DNA of 51,873 nucleotides from Gemmatimonadota bacterium (GCA_003136975.1 PLEG01000388.1:507-52379); one strand, 5' to 3'; counted from the stretch's first letter, positions 8,172 through 17,534 are shown. Translations and numbers: made by a program. The notes: a model not told the origin generated them from the letters alone.

Positions 8172-8699
8172 GTGGGCGCTTCAAATTCAACATTCGTTCG
8201 ACATACCACACTCCGGTCGTGGTCGCCCGTTTCGGAACAGCCACCCGCTGGTCCCTTTCGCGCCTCCTTTGTGATCGACGTGACCGCGTTGGAAGGACAT
8301 CCTACCGCGTTGCGACGTGCCGTCGGTGTAGCCATGCGCGAGTTGCTTACTCGAGGCACCGCGATCGCATTTGAGCGGAACGGTGCGATGCTCACCATCC
8401 GGCGCTTCGATGCTCGGGCGTCCTTCCATCTCCAGAACGAGACCGTCGCTGAATACCCCCTCGCTTTCGGTCTCGCTTTACGGGATACCGTTACCCGGAT
8501 GGTGGGGATGGACCCGGCAGAATTTCACAACATTGCTGTCACAAGCACAGAAGGCTCTCTCAGACATGTGGCTCCACTCCTCACGGGTGATTTTGGTGTT
8601 TGCATGACTCGTGTTCGGGCTGGGATTGCGACAGCTCGGCAGCCAGGTCGGCCCGTCCGGAGGGCGCTCGTCATACGACCACTGCCGTGCACGAGCTGA
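8172..8699 (+). CDS. hypothetical protein
   Basis: 175-aa ORF (GTG start), co-directional. No motif recognised. Confidence 0.4.
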   Translation: MGASNSTFVRHTTLRSWSPVSEQPPAGPFRASFVIDVTALEGHPTALRRAVGVAMRELLTRGTAIAFERNGAMLTIRRFDARASFHLQNETVAEYPLAFGLALRDTVTRMVGMDPAEFHNIAVTSTEGSLRHVAPLLTGDFGVCMTRVRAGIATARQPGRPVRRALVIRPLPCTS

Positions 8700-8703
8700 G
8701 GCG

Positions 8704-9231
8704 ATGAGTTCTGATAACGCCGTTGGGATCCACCCAATCCGTACCCTGGTAGCCCGGGCGATAGCGGAATCGGGCCCGTACGCCCATTTCACCCTTGCCG
8801 ACACCGTAGGGAACCTAGCGCCCGATAGTTCGGGCAGGCACGTTGTCTTGGCCGCATACAACGATCCGACGACTGGTGAAAAAAGCACCGTCCGCCTCGA
8901 TTACTGGACCGCTGGACTCCGGGTCCGGCCCTTCTGTTCCCACTGCCTATCGCGGACCTGTGGCCATGCCCTCAGAGTAGCGACAGTGTTTCGGGCCGCG
9001 ATGACCGGGGACTTGGCGACCCTCACCCGGTATCTCCGGACAGACGCCACCGATAGAGTAACGGATGCCGACCTTTCATCTCGGTGGCGGGATCACGAAC
9101 TGGCGCGGGAGGCTGAGATCCGGACGTCACGAGAAGCCGCGGTTGACGCCGAACGGAAGGAGGTGCAGGCGGCCAAGGCCAGCCAGATTGCCAGCGGCGC
9201 TGATCTTCCTCTGTTCGCCAGCACAGAGTAG
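8704..9231 (+). CDS. hypothetical protein with SWIM-like Cys/His cluster
   Basis: ATG 8704 comes just after the previous stop. FCSHCLSRTCGHALRV resembles a SWIM-type zinc finger (CxxC-x4-CxH rather than the exact CxC). Charged helical C-terminus. Confidence 0.45.
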   Translation: MSSDNAVGIHPIRTLVARAIAESGPYAHFTLADTVGNLAPDSSGRHVVLAAYNDPTTGEKSTVRLDYWTAGLRVRPFCSHCLSRTCGHALRVATVFRAAMTGDLATLTRYLRTDATDRVTDADLSSRWRDHELAREAEIRTSREAAVDAERKEVQAAKASQIASGADLPLFASTE

Positions 9232-9375
9232 TGACCGAATGCCCATTCACAGGGTCTGCTGCCCGAAGCGGGTCGCGGGCCGGCCACTAAGTTTGCGACC
9301 ACCGCTAGCTGTTGATGCCGCGCTAAGATACCATAAAGCGGACGGAAGTCGCCTGTTTATGCTTTCGGAGTAAAA

Positions 9376-10464
9376 TTGAGGCCGCACCTTTCCCCTGCTG
9401 GCAGATCGTCTCCAATCGAAGTGAAAACAGATCCATCATCGCTTGCATCGCTCACCACTAGAGGGGCTGCAAGGGAAGCCGAACGGTACCAGGATGTGGT
9501 TATCCAGGCGAGCCGATGTTCAAGCCCGGGCCACGCGGTAGTTAGCGCGGCCTTTGGCGTTGAGCGCGTGGGCGATGCCCTCCGACAGGCTACGAGAGCT
9601 GCTCTTGGTGCGAAGCTCATTGACGGATCGGACCCCTGGATTCATGGCTACCGTAACGCCCTCGATTCGCTGGAATGCGCGGTTCGGGCCGGAATCGAAA
9701 CCAGGGGCGTCGCCGAAGTCATCATTGCCCGCTTCCTGGGTGGCGGTCCGCGGTCGCCAGGGTCTGTAAATCCCGCTCTTCCTGCCGTGGACCCTCAAGA
9801 TTACGGGGTTCAACCAACGGCAGCGCTCCGTACTCTCATGGATGCCGCAGATGGTCTCCTGGCTGATTTATTGTCAGCTCGCCAGGTGCTCGATGTACCA
9901 GAGGGGTTAGGGCGGATCAGACGTTCTGCAGTGACTCGTGTGAAAGCTGCGGCGAGAGCCGCGGACGGACATGCTCGACGCGCTGAACGACTCGCTCACT
10001 GCTTGGTCGCTGTGTGTCCAGAAAATCCAGCGTTCGCGCGCGCTCATGCGCAACTCGCCCGAGCGGAAATCGAACACAGCAATGCACTCCTCTCAGGTGC
10101 GAGCCGCGACCAGCGCGAGTCGAAGATTCGCGCTGGATTCCGGGCTGCGCTGGCGGAGGCGTATGAGCAAGTAGCGCGCACATGCGCAGCGGTTACGGGT
10201 GCACGGTTCGCCGCGGAGCGTGTAGCTCTCGAGAACATGAACACTGCAATCGGCGTTCGTGACCAGGCCATCGAGCTCATAGAAGAATGCGCCGGTCTCT
10301 CCGGTGAGGCCGAGGCTGGGGGAATGAGCGCAATCGATACGATCCGCCTGCGAGCCGGACAGACAGAGCGACTTGAAGATGAGCTGATTGCAATGTTGCA
10401 CTCGGATCCGCAAGAACGGACCGCGTTGCACGGCGCTGGCGGGTATGCGCTGCTAATGTCGTAG
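9376..10464 (+). CDS. hypothetical Ala/Arg-rich helical protein
   Basis: 362-aa ORF opening at TTG 9376. Start uncertain. No motif recognised. Confidence 0.4.
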   Translation: MRPHLSPAGRSSPIEVKTDPSSLASLTTRGAAREAERYQDVVIQASRCSSPGHAVVSAAFGVERVGDALRQATRAALGAKLIDGSDPWIHGYRNALDSLECAVRAGIETRGVAEVIIARFLGGGPRSPGSVNPALPAVDPQDYGVQPTAALRTLMDAADGLLADLLSARQVLDVPEGLGRIRRSAVTRVKAAARAADGHARRAERLAHCLVAVCPENPAFARAHAQLARAEIEHSNALLSGASRDQRESKIRAGFRAALAEAYEQVARTCAAVTGARFAAERVALENMNTAIGVRDQAIELIEECAGLSGEAEAGGMSAIDTIRLRAGQTERLEDELIAMLHSDPQERTALHGAGGYALLMS

Positions 10465-10503
10465 GAGTGAGATACTCGGTTCGCGCGAGCGCACCGTAGT
10501 GTC

Positions 10504-11100
10504 ATGACCCAACCTTTACGCAATGCAACTGAGATACGCACGTCCGTCGGATTTCCCAGCGGATCGCGCATCGGCGTTACAGGGCATCGCCCCTCCAAGA
10601 TCATCCTCGACGGCCGTCCCGCTTACCACCTTGACGTTTTCGCGCGCGTTGTGGATCTGGCTGTCGCGGCACTCCAGCAGTTCCAACCGTCTCATGTACG
10701 GACAGGAATGGCTCAAGGCTGGGATCAGGCCGTTGCCGAAGCGTGTGTCCGTCTCGATATCCCATTCACAGCAGTAATCCCGCACGAGGCGTTCCCGTCA
10801 CGGTGGCCAGCGGCGGCCAGGGCCAAGTACAACGACCTGCTGATGGCCGCGGACGACATCGTCGTTGTGGGGACCGGTGATTTCCATCTCGGGCTGTTGC
10901 AGCGCAGGAACGAGCGAATCGTCGATGATGTTGCCGACGAGGGCGGCTACCTACTGGCCCTCTGGGACATGAAACCACGCGGTGGCACCTTTAACTGCAT
11001 CCAGTACGCAGGCGAACACGGGGTTAACTGCCACAATCTCTGGCCCACGTGGCTTCGCCACCGGGCGGCTCGGTCTCGGCACCAATCGGCAGCAGAATAA
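10504..11100 (+). CDS. SLOG-superfamily protein, DUF1273/YpsA-like
   Basis: 198 aa. IGVTGHRPSKI, TGMAQGWDQAVAEAC, PFTAVIPHEAFPSRW..KYNDLLMAADDIVVV and RRNERIVD..GYLLALWD line up block by block with B. subtilis YpsA (recall). Confidence 0.7.
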   Translation: MTQPLRNATEIRTSVGFPSGSRIGVTGHRPSKIILDGRPAYHLDVFARVVDLAVAALQQFQPSHVRTGMAQGWDQAVAEACVRLDIPFTAVIPHEAFPSRWPAAARAKYNDLLMAADDIVVVGTGDFHLGLLQRRNERIVDDVADEGGYLLALWDMKPRGGTFNCIQYAGEHGVNCHNLWPTWLRHRAARSRHQSAAE

Positions 11101-11200
11101 TGAAGTCTGCATAGGGACGTTGTGCGGAAAGGGGGTGGTGGGGCTGTATTGTCTGAAGAGAGTGGATTTTCGGCTCTCGTGCCCGATTTCGGAGAACAGC

Positions 11201-11665
11201 ATGCCTTTCAACTCTTCCGTCACGCAGTCTATCACCGCCGCGCTTACTCCTACCGGCAATACCCGCATCTTCGTGTACGGCACTCTCCGCGATGGACAGC
11301 GCAATCATCAACAGCTTTCAGAGGCTCGCTTTATCGGTACTGGCGAGACCGTGTCACACTTTACACTCCGTGTCGACAATCTCCTCCCGTATCTCGATGC
11401 AAGCAATCCTCTCTACCCCGTTCGCGGGGAAGTCTATGAGGTTGATTCGTCTGGACTGCGGGCGATCGACCATCTTGAAGGCCATCCTCGCTGGTATCGA
11501 CGTCGCGTCATCTCGATTCGGCTGGACAAGCGTCCCGGTGCTGCAGTGAAAGATGTCGTTGAGGCATTTGCTTACTTCCATTCGGATGCCCTGGGTCAGA
11601 TTCACCCAACTGGCGACTATACAGTTCCGATCACCACATCACTACCGAAAGAGGTAGCAGTATGA
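11201..11665 (+). CDS. gamma-glutamylcyclotransferase (GGCT/AIG2-like) family protein
   Basis: From ATG 11201: RIFVYGTLRDGQRNH .. VRGEVYEV .. LRAIDHLEGHP..YRR is the AIG2/GGACT signature. Its stop overlaps the next ATG. Confidence 0.7.
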   Translation: MPFNSSVTQSITAALTPTGNTRIFVYGTLRDGQRNHQQLSEARFIGTGETVSHFTLRVDNLLPYLDASNPLYPVRGEVYEVDSSGLRAIDHLEGHPRWYRRRVISIRLDKRPGAAVKDVVEAFAYFHSDALGQIHPTGDYTVPITTSLPKEVAV

Positions 11666-12048
11666 CGGACCCAGTGCGCAAGCGAACACTCAAGTGGCGC
11701 GACGGCCACGATAGAACTCCACTCGATGCAACATCTGAGGCGGAGCTCGTCGCTGTGATGCGCAAGCGATCACACTACGCCAACGTTGCGGACGACGCGG
11801 GATACATGCACGCGGTTGCGCGGCGCTTCCGTGAACTGGACGGAGTTACCGTTCGTTCCGACAGTCCTGCCAACTTTGTCGAGGATCTCGTCGCGGTCGG
11901 ACACATCGAAGCGGTATGGGTTGATGAAACCGGTGGCGAGACGCGCATTACGCCCGACGGATACAGACTCTCGCGCCTTCGCGCCAGCGGCATCCCTGTT
12001 CTGGATTCAGAGGATATGGATGCCGGGACACATGGTGGTGCCGTATGA
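11662..12048 (+). CDS. hypothetical protein (middle gene of the GGCT-amidoligase operon)
   Basis: 128 aa. ATGA overlaps at both ends (11662-11665, 12045-12048). AGAGG RBS. Confidence 0.5.
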   Translation: MTDPVRKRTLKWRDGHDRTPLDATSEAELVAVMRKRSHYANVADDAGYMHAVARRFRELDGVTVRSDSPANFVEDLVAVGHIEAVWVDETGGETRITPDGYRLSRLRASGIPVLDSEDMDAGTHGGAV

Positions 12049-13631
12049 CTGCGCCGATGTTCCCGACATCTTCAGCGGGATGGCTCGTCAACGGGACCGT
12101 TGATCCTGCACTCGCGGAAAGACTTGATCATTCCGCTCTTGTTGCTTCAATGCGGAGCGTTATTGAACGGCCCGGCGGTTTCGCACCCGACGAGCGTCGC
12201 GCAGTTGCGCAGGTAATTCGTGCGCAGGGACGGTTCGCTGCCAGTGGGTTGATTACCCCACCCGCAGAGAACACTTTCGCGCCGTATCAGTTTTCGCCGG
12301 TACTCAACGATCCTGCTGCATGCGAACGGATCGCAGTTGCGATCGAGCGTGGTCATGTAAATGATCTCGAGATTGTGAATGCTGTCCTCGCCTTTCCGCG
12401 TGCGGTAGCAGCTACCGACGCATTGACTGAGTCAGTTCGCATCCAGTTAGTACGGGACGCGCTGGGTGAGTCGCTGATAAGCGATGCGACCTTGGACGAG
12501 TTCGACGACATTGGCGCCGTCCCTCCGATCACGCCTGATCCCACTCCTTCGCGCGCAACGATCGTCCGTGAAGCATACGCGGCCGCCGTGAAGGCAGCGA
12601 CTCAGGATCGGGAGTCAGTCGCGCCCTACGTTGGGGACTCTGCGATGAGCCACCGCACATTTGGGGTCGAACTCGAAGGGTTCTTGTACGGTGGTGAGCC
12701 TTTGGACCTGCAGGCGCGTCGCGCGCGACGGGAACTCGACGCCGCGGGCCTCCTCGAGTGGGGGGTTGGTGTTGACTCGACAGTGATTGACGATTCGCGC
12801 CAGGAGCGGACTGGACTTGAGGTAAGGTCGCCAGTGCTTCGGGGTGACGATGGATTGGCCGAGTGCATCCGTGCGGTCCAGGCATTGAGTCGCGCGGGAT
12901 TCGTGACCAACGATTCGTGTGGGATCCATGTACACATCGGGGTCACGTCTGAGTCGTTGGCTGAAATGAAGACCATGGCCGCGACACTGACCGCGCAGGA
13001 GCTGAGTCTTGATGCTTTCACCACTCCACAACGGAGAGGCGAGGGTAGCCGGTATGCGATGCCAGCCGGAGTGACGCGCGAATACATCGGCGTATCCGAG
13101 CGTGGGAAGACGTTGATGGGACCAACCCCGGATATCACGCCGGAGAGTCTTGGAGATCGGTTGGTTGCGGCGCAGACGTTCCGCGGCGTCTTGGACACTC
13201 TCAACGTGAACGGTGACGAAACCCGTTTCCACAAGATCAATTACCGCTCGATTATGAAGCGTGGTACGGTGGAGTTCAGAGGCCGCGACGCATATCTGTC
13301 CACACCGCAGGAATTGTCTGACTACATCCGCCTCTGCGATAGGCTGGTGGACCGCGCGATGGATGGAGAATGTGTCCTGCCGGTTCAGCGCGAGCGGTTT
13401 GCAGCTTTCGCTGGAGCAATCACTCTCGCTCGTGCGGCAGCGTATCCAGGTGCTGCAACCGATTCCGTCCGCGTAGCTGACAGCGGGTCGTCAATGACGG
13501 ATGCCTTAGCACGTTTGGCGAACGCGAGAGTCCATGACATAGCGAAGTTGCCTATCCCGGCATCACTGGTTGTCCTGGATAACGGGAAGGATGGAGAAGT
13601 AGAAATCCACCCTCCGCAGGCAGGACGGTAA
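12045..13631 (+). CDS. Amidoligase_2 (glutamine synthetase-like COOH-NH2 ligase) family protein with long N-terminal extension
   Basis: 528 aa. TFGVELEGFLYGG .. GVGVDSTV..TGLEVRSPVLRGDDGL .. NDSCGIHVHIGV matches the recalled PF12224 core. Confidence 0.7.
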   Translation: MTAPMFPTSSAGWLVNGTVDPALAERLDHSALVASMRSVIERPGGFAPDERRAVAQVIRAQGRFAASGLITPPAENTFAPYQFSPVLNDPAACERIAVAIERGHVNDLEIVNAVLAFPRAVAATDALTESVRIQLVRDALGESLISDATLDEFDDIGAVPPITPDPTPSRATIVREAYAAAVKAATQDRESVAPYVGDSAMSHRTFGVELEGFLYGGEPLDLQARRARRELDAAGLLEWGVGVDSTVIDDSRQERTGLEVRSPVLRGDDGLAECIRAVQALSRAGFVTNDSCGIHVHIGVTSESLAEMKTMAATLTAQELSLDAFTTPQRRGEGSRYAMPAGVTREYIGVSERGKTLMGPTPDITPESLGDRLVAAQTFRGVLDTLNVNGDETRFHKINYRSIMKRGTVEFRGRDAYLSTPQELSDYIRLCDRLVDRAMDGECVLPVQRERFAAFAGAITLARAAAYPGAATDSVRVADSGSSMTDALARLANARVHDIAKLPIPASLVVLDNGKDGEVEIHPPQAGR

Positions 13632-13675
13632 AATCGTGTCGGCTAACTCAACCCTCTCACCAGCGGGCGACTACA

Positions 13676-13687
13676 GCGCGGGTGCAT
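13676..13687 (+). repeat. 12-mer start-proximal motif copy (GCGCGGGTGCAT)
   Basis: Intergenic, 44 nt upstream of ATG 13732. Confidence 0.75.
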
Positions 13688-13731
13688 TCCTTCACATCTG
13701 ATACTGTTTCCCTTTCACAGGATGTGAAGCA

Positions 13732-14382
13732 ATGCCAACGATTTTCTCTCTCGCTGATTTCCAGAGCGACATCGACGTAGCACTTATTGAGAGTTGCGGC
13801 GATGTCACGCCCGCAATACAGGCAATGCTCGACGTCCATGAGAAGTTGGAGTCGGACAAGATCGATGCGTATGGGATCGTGTACCGCGACCACATGGACA
13901 GGGCAGCATCGTGCAGGAAATTGGCCGAGGAGTTAGAGGCTCGTGCTAAACAGCATGAGGCAACAGCCGATGGTCGCCGCCGACTGATGCAGTGGTACAT
14001 GGAGCGTCGCGGTATGCGCGAACTCTCCGGCTCCTTTGCGCGATTCTCGATTGCAAAGAACGGCGGTAACCAAAAAATCGAGTTGAAAGTCCCGGAGGCC
14101 GATGTCCCCGACTCGTTTCGGAAGCCACTTCCAGCGCAGCCGACGCGGGGTGATGTGGATACCAACGCGATCCGCGCGGCTATCGCCGCTGGAAGCGAGG
14201 AAGCCGCTGCAATTGCGATACTTCTTCCGCGTACTGAACGCGTAGATATTTCTTTCGGCCCACGGAAGCGCAATGCTGAAAAGCCGGAGGTCGCAGTCAA
14301 CCTTTCGGTGCTCGACGGTCAGGTTGGCCCCACTGTTGAGCCAGTAGCGGAACCATCCGTTGCTGAACCGATCGCAGCGTAG
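13732..14382 (+). CDS. Siphovirus Gp157-like protein
   Basis: 216 aa. Its layout fits the recalled Sipho_Gp157 family: an N-terminal helix, a central coiled segment ending in RRRLMQWYMERRGM, then FARFSIAKNGG..IELKVPEADVPDSF. Confidence 0.5.
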   Translation: MPTIFSLADFQSDIDVALIESCGDVTPAIQAMLDVHEKLESDKIDAYGIVYRDHMDRAASCRKLAEELEARAKQHEATADGRRRLMQWYMERRGMRELSGSFARFSIAKNGGNQKIELKVPEADVPDSFRKPLPAQPTRGDVDTNAIRAAIAAGSEEAAAIAILLPRTERVDISFGPRKRNAEKPEVAVNLSVLDGQVGPTVEPVAEPSVAEPIAA

Positions 14383-14392
14383 TGCCCCTCCA

Positions 14393-15301
14393 ATGTCCAC
14401 CGCTCTCGCTGATGCACCACTTTGTGGACCGGAATGGTCCACACGGTGCGCGTCATCTACAACGGCGGAATGCCGGTGTCGGTGCGGTGGTGCCAATCAC
14501 GGCACCGCCGTCACGCGGACGCCCAACATCCAGCTCGCACTCGATGTTGACGGAGGGCGGCGGATCTCACTGATGACAAAGAGTCGCGTAGCTGCGTCGG
14601 CACTCACCGATCCAGGGAAAGCAATTCGGGCCGCTCCTATCACCGGTCGGTCTGTTCCAGCCAAGTGGCCTGATCAGGAAAGCGCACCAATACACATCGC
14701 GTTCTACGGCGAGGCGCCTGGTCGTTACGGTGCTGACCGAACCCTTTGCCCATTCTGGGGAGACAAGGTCGCCAGGGTACTCTACCGCGCACTACGCGGA
14801 GCAGGGGTCGCATCGTGGGAGGGCGGTAGTGAAGTCCTCGGCCTGCTTGGGATGGAGCTCGTGGAACGAGGGCTCATCCCGACATTCAACGGCATCATGC
14901 TGTCGAATGCGTTTGATCGTTGTCCTGCAGCCAGCCCAACCCGGATACGTCCGCCTTCTAAGGCTGAACTCAACAGCAACGAGAACCAGACGCGCGTGCT
15001 CGGGGAGTTGCGGGCTGCGCAAGCGCGTGGATGTAGAACGATTATCGCCCTGGGGAAGGTCGCGGGTGACATGCTCGGGCACCTCACTAAAGCCGAACTG
15101 TCCCAGGCTGATCAGCCAAAGATGGAAGTGATCGTTCGGCCGCACCCATCCGCATTGGGACTTATGCAATCCAACCGCCATCGTGCACCTGGCTACAAGC
15201 TTGTGGAACTCGAGGATGATTGGGTAAACACGACTGTTGCCATCATTCGCTCGGTGCTCGCGCGGGCGCAAGACAGAGCAACCACCACAACCATCGTTTA
15301 G
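14393..15301 (+). CDS. uracil-DNA glycosylase superfamily (family 4/5-like) protein with Cys-rich N-terminal extension
   Basis: Motif A FYGEAPGRYGAD..CPFWGDKVARVL and motif B VRPHPSALGL. The N-terminus has CGPEWSTRC..AECRCRCGGANHG. The start is ambiguous (14360, 14393 or 14573). Confidence 0.6.
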   Translation: MSTALADAPLCGPEWSTRCASSTTAECRCRCGGANHGTAVTRTPNIQLALDVDGGRRISLMTKSRVAASALTDPGKAIRAAPITGRSVPAKWPDQESAPIHIAFYGEAPGRYGADRTLCPFWGDKVARVLYRALRGAGVASWEGGSEVLGLLGMELVERGLIPTFNGIMLSNAFDRCPAASPTRIRPPSKAELNSNENQTRVLGELRAAQARGCRTIIALGKVAGDMLGHLTKAELSQADQPKMEVIVRPHPSALGLMQSNRHRAPGYKLVELEDDWVNTTVAIIRSVLARAQDRATTTTIV

Positions 15302-15334
15302 GCGCAAACCCGTCTTTCTCAAATAGGAGCACCT

Positions 15335-15685
15335 GTGTCCACACAATCCGCCACTCCAACACCGCCAGTCGTGAGTGCGTTCCGCGCGGCTTACGCCGCC
15401 GGCAAGGAAATGCCGCGAACGGGTGTTGCGTTACCGCCATCGTGGAATGACGAGGCGCGCGAGCTGTTCGAGGAACGTGCTGCGTTACTTGAATACGGTG
15501 CAGGGCACACTCGAGAGGAGGCGGAGCAGCAAGCGTTAACCGACGTCTGCCTTACACTCGGCGTTGACGGATTGCCGAAGGCCCAACCATCAAAGCCCGC
15601 TCAACTCGAAGACGACGGACTCACAGATCTCTTTGGGGATGTGCTCCCGAGCGTGGCGACTGACGCAATTGCGTCCGGGCATTAA
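15335..15685 (+). CDS. hypothetical protein
   Basis: 116 aa, GTG start after AGGAG. Contains FEERAALLEYGAGHTREEAEQQAL, a motif I recall from MGE replication-associated proteins (unverified). Confidence 0.45.
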   Translation: MSTQSATPTPPVVSAFRAAYAAGKEMPRTGVALPPSWNDEARELFEERAALLEYGAGHTREEAEQQALTDVCLTLGVDGLPKAQPSKPAQLEDDGLTDLFGDVLPSVATDAIASGH

Positions 15686-15687
15686 CG

Positions 15688-15831
15688 ATGAGCCTGCCGC
15701 CGTTCGTGCTCGATGTTGCGCTATTCCTCCTGGCGGCATTTGCAATTCGTCGAATGATGGGATGCGTGATGCGGCTGGCGGTGTTCGTCGTAGTCATTCT
15801 GTTGGTGTTGTATCTCCCTCAAATCCACTAG
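15688..15831 (+). CDS. 47-aa two-helix membrane peptide (below the ORF-track cutoff)
   Basis: ATG 15688 is 2 nt after the previous stop. Product MSLPPFVLDVALFLLAAFAIRRMMGCVMRLAVFVVVILLVLYLPQIH, stop TAG 15829-15831. Confidence 0.3.
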   Translation: MSLPPFVLDVALFLLAAFAIRRMMGCVMRLAVFVVVILLVLYLPQIH

Positions 15832-15857
15832 GCGAGTAGCCGCAGACCAGAGGAGCA

Positions 15858-16124
15858 ATGGCCAAGTCAGCAGATGAGACGCTTCTGCGGTTGCGGTACT
15901 TTGCGCGTGGCGGGCGGGCTGACGCCGGAAAGCAATCTGTTGTGCGCGACGACATGCGTGCGGTATTGGATCGTATCGATTCACTTCGAGTCGCACTAAA
16001 GGGCTGTGGTCAATTGCAGCAGATCGGGTGGGTATGTGGCCCAGAAAGCCTCTGCTGGAAGTGCGAAACAAAAAACAGGAACGCTACTTCCATGCTTGTT
16101 ACTGGAATTCAGGGTGAGGAATAA
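15858..16124 (+). CDS. hypothetical protein
   Basis: 88 aa. GAGGAG RBS precedes ATG 15858. Confidence 0.45.
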   Translation: MAKSADETLLRLRYFARGGRADAGKQSVVRDDMRAVLDRIDSLRVALKGCGQLQQIGWVCGPESLCWKCETKNRNATSMLVTGIQGEE

Positions 16125-16377
16125 CACCAGGGCTCGCAGTCTCGTTGCTGTTGAGTTCGATGGCCTCGTGGAAGTACATCTACCACCGATCAGCGCTGGT
16201 GCATATGCAACTCTGTGTGGGATGGACGGCGACGACGAATGGAACGGACAGAAGCCGGCAGTACTACCCCATAATCCCAAAGTGACGTGCGCTCACTGCA
16301 TTGGCATCTGGCGCGCCGCGCGGGCGTATGGACCGAAGTATATCGATACCCAGCACCTGGAGAAGGATCATGAGTGA
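16114..16377 (+). CDS. hypothetical small protein (start uncertain)
   Basis: The ORF is open from 16006. GTG 16114 overlaps the previous stop. An alternative ATG at 16222 lies 17 nt after a 12-mer motif copy. Contains VTCAHCIGIW. Confidence 0.35.
   Translation: MRNNTRARSLVAVEFDGLVEVHLPPISAGAYATLCGMDGDDEWNGQKPAVLPHNPKVTCAHCIGIWRAARAYGPKYIDTQHLEKDHE
16193..16204 (+). repeat. 12-mer motif copy (GCGCTGGTGCAT)
   Basis: Inside ORF 16006-16377, 17 nt before in-frame ATG 16222. Confidence 0.55.
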
Positions 16378-16918
16378 GACGAGTCAAAAGTCGAGTAACT
16401 CATACCAACTGGCTGAGCGGATTGCAACGGATCTCGGAATTTACGGTCCGGAACTTCACCCGTCGCGTCATGCAGAGAAGATCTACGCCGCCTTCACGGC
16501 TCTACGTTCTCAACTGACAATCGCAGAGCACGAGTTGAATGCAATGCGTCCTGTTGTGGACTCAAGCCGCAGATGGTACTACGGTGCTAGTGAGCATAAC
16601 CTCGGCGTCACTGTTCCGATGTACGAGAACCTTATGTCACCAGAGCCGCTCGTGATTCAGTCGGAAAGCGCGTCCGCAGGAGATGCGACGAAGAAGGAAG
16701 AGTTGATGGACGAGAAACTACGTGAAGGGTGGACGTGGCTGACCAATTCCAATAAATGGCACTACTTCCGCGACGGACGCTCGCTATGCGGCAAGTTCGG
16801 ACTATTTCCGACGATGAACGGCGATTTCGAGGACGGATCGGGCGTGGATGATGAGGTGAAGTGTTCTGGCTGCAAAGCGAAACTTGTGCGTGAGAATGCA
16901 CGGAAGGCGCATGCCTAA
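16370..16918 (+). CDS. hypothetical protein with C-terminal zinc-ribbon-like motif
   Basis: ATG 16370 overlaps the previous stop and has a GGAGAAGGA RBS. C-terminus KWHYFRDGRSLCGK .. VKCSGCKAKL. Confidence 0.5.
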   Translation: MSETSQKSSNSYQLAERIATDLGIYGPELHPSRHAEKIYAAFTALRSQLTIAEHELNAMRPVVDSSRRWYYGASEHNLGVTVPMYENLMSPEPLVIQSESASAGDATKKEELMDEKLREGWTWLTNSNKWHYFRDGRSLCGKFGLFPTMNGDFEDGSGVDDEVKCSGCKAKLVRENARKAHA

Positions 16919-16928
16919 TAACACATCT

Positions 16929-17132
16929 ATGGGGAAACGAATGGCCAAGACCGCAGTCGAGGATTGCCGTGAGCTGTTCCCGCTTCGGGACAGGATAATG
17001 GATGCAGTCGCGGAGATCATGAAAGATCGTCCGTATAACGGCAGCTTTGGAATAGGCGTGCGTCGCATGCCGAAGGGAGTCGTGTACAAGGATGAGACCA
17101 ACCCCGGATCCGTTGAGGACAACGGTGGTTGA
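16929..17132 (+). CDS. hypothetical small protein
   Basis: First ATG after the previous stop (alternative ATG 16941). No motif recognised. Confidence 0.3.
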   Translation: MGKRMAKTAVEDCRELFPLRDRIMDAVAEIMKDRPYNGSFGIGVRRMPKGVVYKDETNPGSVEDNGG

Positions 17133-17442
17133 GCCTGGTATCGTCGAAGGCGCGCGGCTCGATCTACTTCGGATGCTGGCATGCATGGATGACTTTGCGC
17201 GCGACAAAGGTCCTCACTTCCCAAAGTTCTTCCCTTTGTTCGAGGATGAATGGGACCACAGTGACGATGACATCCTCTTGGCGGCACGGGAAGCCAGGGC
17301 GCTCGGGCAGGTTGAGTTCTACGCCGAGTCTGAGATGGCAAAGATTACACCCTATGGATACGCTTTCATCAGAGCGCATGATGTAATCACCGCTTCTGCT
17401 TGCGGAGTTCAGAGCGACACCACGCAGCAGCACGGCAGCTAA
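17092..17442 (+). CDS. hypothetical acidic protein (start uncertain, GTG 17125 possible)
   Basis: 116-aa ORF with acidic stretch FEDEWDHSDDDI. No motif recognised. Confidence 0.35.
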   Translation: MRPTPDPLRTTVVEPGIVEGARLDLLRMLACMDDFARDKGPHFPKFFPLFEDEWDHSDDDILLAAREARALGQVEFYAESEMAKITPYGYAFIRAHDVITASACGVQSDTTQQHGS

Positions 17443-17534
17443 TAGGCACTGTCAATATTGATCGGGACAGTCGAGCGGTAGCTTCTCGCGCGAGCGCATT
17501 TCGGAGCAGTTCCACCTCTCAATACGAGGCTCCG

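Noticed and set aside
13692-14300. Long - strand ORFs antisense to + strand genes (also 10044-10604, 12615-13240, 17924-18514, 23411-23998, 38904-39521, 48099-48560)
   Set aside because: All are Arg/Ser/Ala-rich shadow ORFs opposite genes with recognisable domains or better composition. None has an RBS or start context.
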